Shown piece by piece: positions 25,911 through 39,000 of a stretch of 64,000 nt of DNA. Position numbers and translations under genes: made by a program. Below the pieces are notes generated by a model. That model saw only the letters and a list, made by a program, of their open reading frames with translations. It was not told the DNA's origin and ran no database searches. Each line of letters opens with the position of its first letter. The stretch's first letter is position 1. Source of the DNA: Paragordius varius. Its lineage: Eukaryota > Animalia > Nematomorpha. The stretch covers positions 62,001-126,000 of the forward strand of contig OZ176052.1 of assembly GCA_964247055.1 (NCBI GenBank), given 5' to 3'.

Positions 25911-28900
25911 ATTTACAATTTAAATTCACTCTTGAACAACTCAAATTCACCCTAAGTATAAATTATGTGTTTTCGGGCAGCTAATGGCATAGTTTAGTAT
26001 TTTTTCAGTATTATATATATGCTTTACAGGTAATTTTATTATTTTTTAAAATGTATAAAAAAATATAGGTAATTTTTAATCTTAAAAAACACATAATTTA
26101 TTTTAGGGGGTGATTTTGAATTGTTTAAGGGTGATTTTGAATTGTTCAAGGGTGATTTTGAATTGTTCAAGGGTGAATTTGAATTGTTCAAGGGTGAATT
26201 TGAATTGTTTGAGGGTGAATTTGAATTATTCAAGGGTGAATTTGAATTGTCCAAGGGTGAATTTGAACTGTTCGTGGGTGAATCTGAATTGTTCGAAGGT
26301 GAATTTGAATTGTTCAAGGGTGAATTTGAATTGTTCAAGGGTAAATTTGAACTGTAAATGACATATATATTCCTAGATCAACAACAAATAGTTGAAGAAC
26401 AATCCTCATCGAGTAGTGATTATAAAACGAGTAAAGACGAAAATGAGTCGAGTGGAACTCTCACTTCATCAAAAAAGGACAATAAGGCGCAATCTCAACA
26501 AGACACCTCAAAAGATGATGGTTTCTTCTTTTACTTACTTACTTACTTATTTGAATTCGCTTTTTAAAATTCTTTTCTGGATTGCAAAGTTAACCTTTAT
26601 AATTTCTATTTATACTTTCATTAAATTCTATTTAATTATCTTTTATCGTTATCTTACGGATTTTAACAACTGTTTATTACAAAACATAACCAATCCGTTA
26701 TTTACCATTACAAAGAATATATTGATTTACAGTAAAAATTAAAATTATACCGACCGTAAAACGGAAAAATATAAAGACAAGTATTTTTTTCTAAAATACA
26801 CCTATACATTTTAAATTTTATTTTTTTTTAAATATAACTGATTGTTTCAAATTGCAAAATATAACATAGAAATGTAAATTGGTAGCACAATCAAATGTAG
26901 TTTACGATTATAATTAAATATTATATATATCAAAAATTAAGGTTTTAAAAAATATGGTTGTTTTTTAGAAAAAATATTTGTCTTTATATTTTTCCGTTTT
27001 GTCCGTATAATTTTAGTTTTTACTGTATTATTCACTACGGCTTTTGAAACCCTAAAAGATAAGTCTAAAATGTCCAATTTTAAATTTTACGATTTTTTTT
27101 TCATTTAACCACTATTGAAACCGATTTGATTGGCTAATTTATGTTCTGTTTTTTTAGTTCCATTTAATTTGTATTTATAATATTAATTTACTAGTTAGGA
27201 TAAGCGTATTCTCATTAGTTTGCGATTTTTAAAAAAACCAGCTAAAAACTCATTACTAGTTATATATTACATTTTAGGATCTAGCGATACCCTAACATTT
27301 CGGATTTTTGAGGGGAATATCGGTTATCGAAAACAACAAAATTACCGAACACTCGTTATTCGGCGAGGTCAAACTCTGAAAGATATTTTGCTTGAAAGTT
27401 TACATGCATTTCATCTCCCTGATCAAGCCAATGTTAACAAATACTTGCTCGGAGTTATAATTGCGCCCCCTAACTCAAATCCCAATTCAAATCAAACAAA
27501 CATCAATGTAAGTTTTGGGTTCTGATTTGAAAGTTTTTCTTAGAATAAATTTATATCCTTTACAAAATTTTTGGCTTTTTTCATATATATGTTTTTACGA
27601 AAGTTCTTAGAAGATTGACAAAAAAATTTTATAGCGTTTTCGTCACCTTCTTTATTTTATGGATTATTTTGAGGGTATGCCATTATATTATAAGTTCCTT
27701 AAATTTAATCTTAATAAGGTTAAATTATTCACAGTTCTCTACTAAGCAACCTTATTTTTAGGTATTATGTGGAAATATAAACCCAAAACAATGGTTAATT
27801 TAAAAAATCTACATCACCATAAGTTTGACGGCTTTATAATTTAACTTTTGTACCGAATATTGCGACTTTTATATATGTCTATGTAAATTTACTGAAATGT
27901 TTAATATCGATTGCATATCAGGTGATTACAACCGAACTTAAAAACGTTTCGACTCACGAATCCTCATCTGGCAATGAGCTTCGGAACGAAAATGTTATTA
28001 TGAGTAGCATTCCACTCCATCAGTCTTCCATCATTCATGATCCCAACACTAATATGCCTCAAACAACGATCATTGCTCAGCAGTCCTACAAAGATGGTAT
28101 ATATATATATATCTACTATAACTCTTTTTTCTAAACTTTACCTTATTTTTTGTTTAGAAGATACAGTAAAAATCTAAATTATACGGACAAAACCTAAAAA
28201 TATAAAGACAAATGTTTTTTTTCTAAAAGACAACCATACTTTTTTAAACATCATTTCTAAAAGGATGATTCATTGTTTAAAATTGAAAAGTTTAAAATTG
28301 TCATGTAAATTGGTTATACACAATCAATTATATACTTTACAATCGTAATTTTATAATTTAGGTCAAAATTTTTTAAAAATGTATGGTTGTCTTTTAGAAA
28401 AAAATATTTGTCTTTATATTTTGACTTTTTGTTTGTATGATTTCAGTTTTTACTTTAATATAAAAGAAATCATCTTATAAAACTTTTATTATATATTTGG
28501 CTTTTTGATGATGGTTCTACACAACTTTGACAGTTTTATATTTTAATGATCGGGTCAAAAAATTAAATATGCGAAAGTCCACTAAAATTAAGCCTTATAG
28601 CTATTTAGGGGATTTTAAAAGCGGTTAGTACACGTAATGCTTTTAAAAACCCACAAACATAAAAAAATTTATGATTTATAATTTTGTCGGTCAAACATGG
28701 TTAAGTATTAATTTTTCCTAGTTTTATGAAAGATGTGATTTATGTCTTTTGTCATTTTAAATTTTAACGAAATTCGTTGATTAAAGGAAAGAGCATTTCA
28801 TTTTTATTCTTGATTACACTAATGTTTTACAAAGTTTTAGAAGGTTTTTTTAGATATACGATTTACAATTCGATTTTACCCTTAAACATTAAATTCACCC

Positions 28901-31900
28901 TTGAACAATTCAATCACCCTCAAATAAAATATATGTTTTTTAAGATTAAGAATTACCTATATTTTAATATATTTTTAAAAAATAAAATTTTGTTTTAAAT
29001 TATAAAATTACTGAAAAAAAGAATTAATTATGTCATAAAGATATATTTCATATTAATAATGAGTTATATTAGTTCGAAAAGATTAGTTTATTTTTAGATT
29101 GAATTTGAATTGTTTAAGGGTGAATTTGAATTGTTCCAGGGTGAATTTGAATTGTTCAAGGGTGAATTTGAATTGTTTGAGGGTGAATTTGAACTGTAAA
29201 TGGTATATTTCATAAATTTATATAATTTTATTCCTAGATGCCAACATATCTGGTACAAGTCAATCTCTGTCTCAATCACCACCCTTCTTTACATCTTTGA
29301 CTTCAACAGTTAAGGATTCTTACTACCCCACAGCCTTTATAAGAGATGATTATGACGCTTTTACACAACTCCTTAAATTTTCACAAATGACCCTTACCCC
29401 TACCACCACCACTTTGGGTATTGATTTCCCCCCTAACTTTTTTTTCATGATTAAAAATGTAACTTTTTTAACTTTATTTTGTGCTCAAATACTATTTATG
29501 CTTATAAATGGCTATAAAACTATTTTTTTGGCATATTATTAACTGTTGGATAGATTACATTTTTTAAATTTTTACTATAATTTCTTTTGGTTCAGTTCTA
29601 TTGGTTTTTCAAATGGGTATTTTACTATCACATACATACGTGCAATAGGCGGAAATCAAACTGTAATCCATTCCACAGCTACTCAGACAGCAAATAATCG
29701 CCTTGATTCTACATGTAGTGCTAATCAAACATCGCCCTCTGAAAAGAAAACTCCAGCTGCAAATACCAAAGAAACCTCTCTAGTTTTGCCTTCTACTGAA
29801 GACAGAACTCATGAGGAATTACCTTGTCCTAATTGTCATCAAGATGTGAATAAAACTCCAATTTCAACCAAGGGAACAACATCGACGTCGTCTGCAAGTC
29901 CAAGCCTCGGTTCAAATGCCATTTTTACATTTTCTGCTGACCTGATGAGTCAGCCGGTTAAAACGGGTCCCTACTCTCCGCTCGAAAGCGAGAATATTAA
30001 CCATAAAATTGCCAATAATGAAAAAGTTAGCCTTCTACATTCGCATTCAACCTCTGTAAATTCTCAAATAACTAGCAGTTCTACGGGTTATCATTCATCA
30101 GCAAATTTTGCCATGCCTAGTCTTATACTCCGGCAAAGATTTACGCAAAGAGATGAAGGATTCATCACAATCTATCCTGGATTGTTAAGGTTTTTTTGTA
30201 ATATTAATGATGAGTCCATCTTCTAGATTATCTAATGTCTTTTAATGTAGTAATTTGGGTTTTTTGTTAATCATTTATATAAAATCAAGCATTTACTTCT
30301 TATAAGCCGATTAGGACTGTTTTATATGGAGTTACGCTTCTCTCTTTCTACATTTCTGAACCTTGAGTTCATATAAAAAATGAGGAAAAATTTAGAGTAA
30401 AAATTGAAATTATACGGACCACGGCCTAAAATAAAGGCAAATACTTTTTTTAAAGACAAGGATACTTTTTAAATCTTGATTTATTTAATTAAAACACATT
30501 GTTATAAACTATAAAGTTAGAGGTAGAGAAATTTATTGGTCACACAACTAATTATATATTTAAAAATATAAATAAATTTTTTTTATAGAAAAATTAAGGT
30601 TTGAAAGTATGGTAGGTTGCCTTTTGAAAAAAAAGTATTTGTCTTTATATTTTTACGTTTTGTCCATCCGTATGGTAAATTTCAATTTTACTGTAAAAGC
30701 TTTGGTCTTTGTAATTTCGGTTCTTTATAAAGAAACTTTGAATAAGATATTATATTGGTAACACAACCATTTATATATTTAAAATTGTAAAAAATATTTT
30801 ATATGGGACAAATAAGGTTTAAGTATGGTTGTCTTTTAAAGCAAATATTTGTCTTTACATTTTTACATTTTGTCCATCCGTAGTATAATTTCAATTTTTA
30901 CTGTAAAAGCTTTTATCATTTTTGGCTCTTAGAAACTAAATTGGTTGTATATTTTTTTTCCACATTAAAATTTGTAGGATTGATCGTCAAGACCCCTTAA
31001 ACATTCCCATCGATGCAAATACTTGTGTGGTTCAACTCATTCAATTGGCTATCAATGCATTTCAACTCAACCAACTCATAAGGGATTGTAACATTCAAAC
31101 TTTTCAATTGCTTGAAATGGTCCTTGATAAAGATGGTATACTTTATTTATCATTTACAGTTCAAATTCACCCCCTTAAACAATTCATATTTACCCCCTTA
31201 AATAAATTTTGTATTATTATAATTCAAATTCACCCTTGAACAATTCGAATTCACTCTTAAAATAAATATGTGTTTTTAAAGATCAAAAATTGCCTATATT
31301 TTTTAAAAAAAATGAAATTTTGTTTAAAATTGATATAATACTGAAAAAGAAATAAAACTATGCTATAAAATATATATCAAATTATTGATGAATTATATTA
31401 GCTGCCCGAAAACACATAATTTATTTTTAGGGTGAATTTGAATTATAAATAGTATATATTTATTAAAATACAAGAAGGATTTATTAAAATATTTTTCTTA
31501 GCCCTTAAATTAATACTATGCTTTGAAAAAGTTATTATATTGTGATAGGAATTGAGAATTTTACCAACATTTCAATCCTGACTTTGCAACCTAAATTCAT
31601 ATTTTTTATAATTTAAAAATATTGTTAACTTGATTGTCGGACTTTCACTTTTCAAATCTCTATTTGAAAAATACTTTTTTTTATTTTTATAACTCTTTTG
31701 TTTTCAATTTCCTTATGTATTATATCTGTTTTCTCCTAAAATTTTGTATTTTGGTTATTAAAATGTTTTAATTTAATTTCTAAACTTTTTAGTGATAGAA
31801 CGTGTAATGGAAGATGATGAAAGACCATGGATTTTAATGCAAAACACTTCTAAGGTAAAAAAATTTTTGTGTGAAATTTTTTCCATAACGCAATAATTCT

Positions 31901-34900
31901 TTTAAGGATTGATTTTAACATTTTTTTATATATAACCAATAAAATTTGAAAAATATGCTGAAATTTATAAAATAAGACTTTACTTTAAATGTGTTGCCTA
32001 ATAAGTCATCATTTTTTCAAAGTAGCCCATATTATATATATATTTATATATTTAATACTGGGTTAAGTTACCTTAAATTATAACTCTGTATTACCTTAAT
32101 CATATATACCATTGGAAAAAATATGGTTGCCCTCTTCAATATTAATAAAAAAACTATTGTTTTTTACTTTTTAAAGTAGGTTCTATAAAAAAACTAGATT
32201 TTAACAATAAGTTTTATCTTTCTTTTTATATATATTTACAGTAAAAATTAAAATTATACGGACAAAATGATTTAAAAATATAAAGACAAATTATATTTCT
32301 AAAATACAATTATATTTTTTAAATCTTGATTTTTTTAAATATACCTGATTGTTTTAAACCGGAAAATATAAAATAGATATGTAAATTGGTAGCACAATCA
32401 TATGTAATTTACGATTGCAATTAAATAGCTTATATATCAAAAATTAAGCTTAGTAAGGTCTTTTGAACAAAAATATTTATCTTTATATACCATTTACACT
32501 TCAAATTCACCCTCGAATAATTCAAATTCACCCTAAAAATAAATTATGAAACTTCGATCTAATATAACTCATCATTAAAATTAAATATATTTTTATGGCA
32601 AAGTTTATTATTTTTTCAGTATTATTTTTGTTTACATACAAATTTCTTTTTTTTATAAATATAAAAAATATAGGTAATATATAATCTTAAAAAACACATA
32701 ATTTATTTTAGGGTGAATTTGAATTGTTCGAAGGTGAATTTGAATTATTTAAGGGTGAATTTGAATTGTTTAAGGGTGAATTGAAACTGTAAATGGTATA
32801 TATATGATAGGATTCCATATACAAATATCAAGCGACACGTTTTTGCCTACAATACAGACAAGATAACCATGGACATAACATTAGTGTTTTTGTGGGTAAT
32901 TTGCCACCCTCACTTAGTCAAAGACAATACGAAGCTGTCCTTTCAAACATACTACTCGATAAATGTGAGATTTTACTCGAAATTTGACCTTTTTTTGGTT
33001 AAAACTCTTTGAAAATAAAAAATTTAGTTAGTTGTGGGGATTGAATCTTAAATCCTCTTAAAAGATATTACATGGCATTTGTAATTTTTCCTATAATTTT
33101 TTTGTTTTATAATATCTGAGCTAATATGTTTGTTGAAAAATGTGTTAAAATACTAAATCCTTTAGTTTTTAAACGTATTTTTATTATTTTAATTGAAATA
33201 CCTTATTGGTTCCTTATTTTATATTAATTTGATCTCAAAATAATATATTATCAATACTTTTTTCATAGCTTTAAAATACAGTCATATCGGACCATTTTAT
33301 TATGAATTTGGTTGTTTGATTATGAGTTATACGAATGCCTCCGTTTGCGTTCAAGCTTTTAAAACTCTGAGAAATGCCGTTTATGATGACAAACCTTTGC
33401 AAGTCTTTATTCTACCCATTATTCATGTACGTTTTTTTTAATTACTACTTTGTGTTTTTACCACATTGTATGAAAAAAGTTAGGTTATTTAAATTTTAAA
33501 ATTAGAGCCATTTAATCGAATAAGTATCGAATTGCCAATAATTTTTTGGAAAAAATTATTGGCGATTGTGTTTTAAAAAATATTTAAAAGATAGATACCA
33601 ACACATTGATATAGGGCTGCTATCATATTTTTTTTGCCTGATATATTTAAAATTTAGAATAGTAGAGTAAAATTTGAATTTGGAAAAACTGATCTTTTTT
33701 AAGTAATTATTAAATGAAATTATTTTTAGCCCTCAAGAATACCGGCAAATATAACGCCCCTTCTCATATTCGTAAACGTTAAGAGTGGAGGTTGCCAAGG
33801 ACTGAGTCTTATCTCATCTTTCCGAAAACTTTTGAATCCATTCCAAGTCTGTGATTTAGATAATGGAGGACCCTTACCTGGGTTTGTACCTTTATTTTGT
33901 TTTATTTTAAAAAAATCTTTAATTAAGTTTTTATCTATATTATTAGTTTAGTTGCAGGACTGAAGCGTAATAATATTTGATGCTAGCTTTACAGTAAAAA
34001 TTGAAATTATAGGTAAGGACAAAATGTAAAAATATAAAGACAATTTTTTTTCAAAACAACCATACTTTTTTAAACTTTACTTTATCATATAAAAAACATT
34101 TAATTACGATCGTAAAATACCTAATTGATTGTGTTAACTATTTATCTATATTACACTCTGTAGTTTAAGACAATGGGTTATATTTAATAAAATCAAGATT
34201 GAAATAGTATGGTTGTCCTATGAAAATATTTGCCTTTATATTTTCACTTTTTGTCCGTATAATTTCAATTTTCACTGTATTATTTTTTATTATTTATTGA
34301 ATTTTAACAAAGTTTGAATAATATATGATGTTTTGAAATATATTTTAAGATATTTATGAGTATTATAGCCATTCGATTCATATAATTTAACTGTTTTTTT
34401 TCTTCAATTTTTTGAAATAAATGGTAAAAATTTTATGTGATTTGAAAACAACCGATGATAGTGATTGTATTAAGCCAAGTTCAAGTTTGATATACCGCAT
34501 AAAAAGTAAAGAAAGTAAATCTATAAAATCAAACAATTTATTAAGTTCTGTTTATATTTTTTAAAAATGGAGTTAGGGTGTTCTCATCTACTCATATTTT
34601 ACTCAATCATTTGACGACCTTAGAAAAGAAATTAGCATTATCTTAAAAAATTTACGGTTTTATATTATAAGCAGCCAATCGATTAATTATTATTTAATAA
34701 TTCTTTGTGTGCAGATTATTCATGTTCCGTAATGTGTTGAAGTACAAGATTTTGATTTGCGGAGGTGATGGAACCGTGGGTTGGGTCCTTTCATGTCTCG
34801 ACAATGTCGGACAAGACAGCAAATGCGAAAATCCCCCTTGTGGCGTTATTCCCTTGGGAACAGGTGACAGACAATACTTTAGAAATTAGTTTTTGAGTTT

Positions 34901-36002
34901 TTTTATCTTTGTAATACTGTAAATATTGAAATTATACGGAAAAAACGTAAATATATACAGACAAATTTTTTTTTCTAAAAGACAACCCCATACTTTTCAA
35001 ATCTAAATTCATATCAATATAACTCATTGTTTTAAATGGCAAAGTATGAAATAAAGATATATAATGGTAACACATTCAATTCTATAATTTACAATTGTAA
35101 TTAAATAGCTTATATGCGAAAAAAATTTTAAAAAATTATGGTTGTTTTTATATAAGAAATATCTGTCTTTATATTAACGTTTTATCCGTATGATTTTAAT
35201 TTTACTGTATTTATCTAAAAGTCAAATTTAACATTAAAGGTAAAAGACAAAGAAATACTTTTTAGTAGGTTTCAATTTTTATATTAAAAACTATTGTTTT
35301 GAAAGGGGGAATTGGGGATAGAGATATATAATGTATATATATCACAATTTACAGAACTGACTTTATTGTTGGCCAATCGGATATAGTATGAAGCACATTT
35401 TGTCCACAATAAAATATACAAATTTAATGTTTGTAAGATAAGAAAAAATTGTTTAATTTTACCCATTTATAATTTTTTTATACGCGTTACTGTATTGCCA
35501 ATTTTCCGAAAACAAACAGGGTACTGTAAATATATATATATATATATATATATATAGTTTATGTAAGAAACATCAAGGATTAAAAGACAGTCTCATTTTA
35601 AAAAAATATTTGGCTTTTTCTTTTTTTCGTTTTGTCTGTGTAATTACTGTTTTATCAGTGGTTTACTGGTAAAAGTCATATGCAACTAATTCTTGATATT
35701 TGTTTTAACTAGAGATTTATGAATACCATATATAGTAGTCTTAAATATTCTTTTAACTTTTATTGCTTAATACGCATTTTATAATTGTTAGGCAATGATT
35801 TAGCTCGTGTCCTTAACTGGGGTCCAGGGTACACAGGAGCTGAGGATGCCAACAGTTTACTAAGAGATGTCATCGAAGCCGAGGAAGTTAGATTGGATCG
35901 GTACGATATTAATATATGTTCAATCTTTTTTCATAATTTATTTTTTCATTGGTTTTCGGAAAATTCTTGAGCAAATCTATTATTAAAATATTTCACTTTT
36001 TT

Positions 36003-36064
<62 letters not shown>

Positions 36065-39000
36065 AAAAAAAGATTCAGGTTTACTATGCCCTTAGTATAT
36101 GTTATAGTTTACATTTATATGTTAATAGTTCTTACTTGAATTCAAAAAAATTAATTTTTTGCATTTTAATATGATTTATTTCAGAGAATTTGATAGAGTT
36201 TTAACTAATTATCATTTTAACATAATTAACTAATAATCATAAAAACAAAAAATATAAAGAAGTGGAATGCCATTAGTTGTTAGGTTTAAAATAATTTAAG
36301 ATTCTTCTGAATAATAAAACCAAATAGCACCAATATTGATAAAAAAACCCTCCTTCATATATTTGCATAGTTGGACTTTAGTGTTTCACCCCGATGACAA
36401 ATATACGGATGACAGTAAGTATACGAATTGGTTGAATAACACACAAAATACGGAAGATAATACTCAAATCTACATTATGAACAATTATTGTGGCATCGGA
36501 CTCGATGCTGATATCAGTTTAGATTTCCACATGGCGCGAACTGAAAACCCCAGCAAATTTAGTAGTCGGTAACATTAAATTATCATCAAATAATTTCTAT
36601 AATCATGAGATTTTTTTTGTCTAAAAAGCAGTTTTTTACTAAAAATTTAGAGGGTTAATTAAATCAATTGAAATCTAAAGATTAGCTTTTTTTTGACCTG
36701 TTAATATATAAATTTACAGTAAAAATTGAAATTATACGGACAAAACTTGATATAAAGAATATTTTTTTTCAAAAGACAACCATACTTTTTTTAACCTTAA
36801 TTTATGTTCCTATAAAAAACATTTAATTACAATCGTCAAATAAATAATTGATTGTGATAACAATTTACATTTCTATATTATACTTTGTAGTTTAAATTAA
36901 ATAGTTTTTTATATAGGATAAATTAAGGTTTAGAAAGTATGGTCGTTTTTGAAAAACAATTTTGTCCTTATTTTGTCCGTATAATTTCAATTTTGACTAT
37001 AAAATTATTAAATAATGATTTTTTTCTAAAAAACAATATTTTGCAAATTAGATTTTTTATAAGGTATCTTTTGGAGTTGGTATAAAGGAATAGTTATGTT
37101 TATTGAAATACTCGTTTATATTTTACAATTGTAATCATATGAGTATAAAAATAAATTTTCTAAAAACACTGTTTTCTTTAATAGCCTTTTACCTAATAAT
37201 TTTTGCAGTTTTCTACTAATTAAAATTAAATTTTATTAATGTTAGATTACATAATAAGAGTGTATACTTGAAAATGGGTCTACGCAAAATGATGAAACGA
37301 AAAGTGACGAGAGATTTGCAGAAAGACATTAAACTCGAAGTTGATGGCAAAGAAATTGAAATTCCCCCGGTTGAAGGATTGGTCATTCTCAATATTTTAA
37401 GGTTTCCTTTTCTAGAATAATATTTTACTTTTAATAGAATATAAATATAAATTTTTTTCATAAAATATAAATCTTATTCAGTAAGAAGGTTTATTTGTTT
37501 AATAAATTAGCTATATTAATATGGGCTATAGAATTTTTCAAATTTGGTTTACTGACAACATCATTCATATCCTAAATTTTGCATATTAATTAGATTTACA
37601 GTAAAAATTGAAATTATATGGACAAAATATAAAAAAAAATTTAAACGGCAACCATACTTTTTTAAACCTTAATTTATCCTATAAAAAATTAAAACAATGA
37701 GTTATATTTAAAAAAATCCAGATTTAAAAAGTATGGTTGTCTTTTTGAAAATATATTTGTCTTTATATTTTCACGTTTTGTCCTTCCGTATAATTTTAAT
37801 TTTTACTGTATTTTTCCTAAAATATTTGTTCGCGCTAACTATATCAACAAAAATAGTTTTTCTATAAAAAAAATAATTTTATTTTATTTTATTTTGACAT
37901 TTACAAAATATAAAAAGAAAATCATTATTATATTGTGCAAGTTTTAATAAGAGTAAAAAATATTACAAAGTCTCGCTTTTATAATTGGTAAGTAAAATAA
38001 ATACCGTTGTTTAAGGATGAATCTACTAACCCTAGTCATATAGGCTATATTAAAAAATCCAGGATCTATATAAATGATTTTTCGTCAAATCAAAAGCTTT
38101 GTCAGACCCTTACACATATTTCTGTTTCTTATACAGTAAAACTTGAAATTATACTGACAAAAGGTAAAAATATAAAGACAAATATTTTTTACTAAAAAAC
38201 AAACATCTTTTTGAATTTTGATTTTTTTTAAATATAACTCATTGTTTTAAACTATAAAGTAGGAAATATAGATGTAAATTGATAACACATGCAATTATAT
38301 ATTTTCTAATTGTAAATAAATCAATTTGATTGTCTTTCTGGAAAAAATATTTGTCTTTATATATTTTTACGTTTTGTCCGTGTATAATTTCAGTTTTTAC
38401 TGTAAAAATATATCGTTTCGTGCTGCCTTATCAGTTGGGGGAGTGGTGCGAATCTGTGGGGCGCTGAGAAAGAGGACCCCCAATTATTCCAGAAACCAAC
38501 TCATTATGACGGAATGCTGGAAATCGTAGGAGTTTCAGGCGTCGTTCATATGGGACAAATTCAGTCCGGACTTCGAAGTGGTCTCCGTATAGCTCAGGGT
38601 GGACATGTAATTATTTCCATTTTAACTTATAACTTACCTGTGCAAGGTAATAGTTATAAATATGGGGATTTTATATTTACAAAATATTGTTTTTATTGAG
38701 CCTGACTGGATATGAATAAGGCATTCATATTGATTAAACTTCTATACTTGATATACGTATATAAATAAATGCAAATTTTAATTTCTTTTGTGATTTTTAA
38801 ATGGTCATTATATTATTAACGTTATTAAGAGCTATCCACACACTAAAATGAATTTTTATCTTCAAATCAACTTATGATTGCATTACCGACTACTTATTAC
38901 CATGAATGCGCATTTAATAGCGGGCACGGGTTATTTAATGTTAAGCAAACCTTTCATAACTATTAAATTTTTACAGTAAAAAATGAATATATACGGATAA

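Noticed and set aside
25729-25984. ORFs with YIYIYI runs (also 21636-21821)
   Set aside because: Translations of (TA)n microsatellites.
26039-26361. Heptad-repeat ORFs ([21 protein letters not shown]) and a CRISPR-like look
   Set aside because: These are translations of the 21-bp tandem unit in a MITE arm inside an intron. There are no unique spacers or cas genes, and the DNA is eukaryotic.
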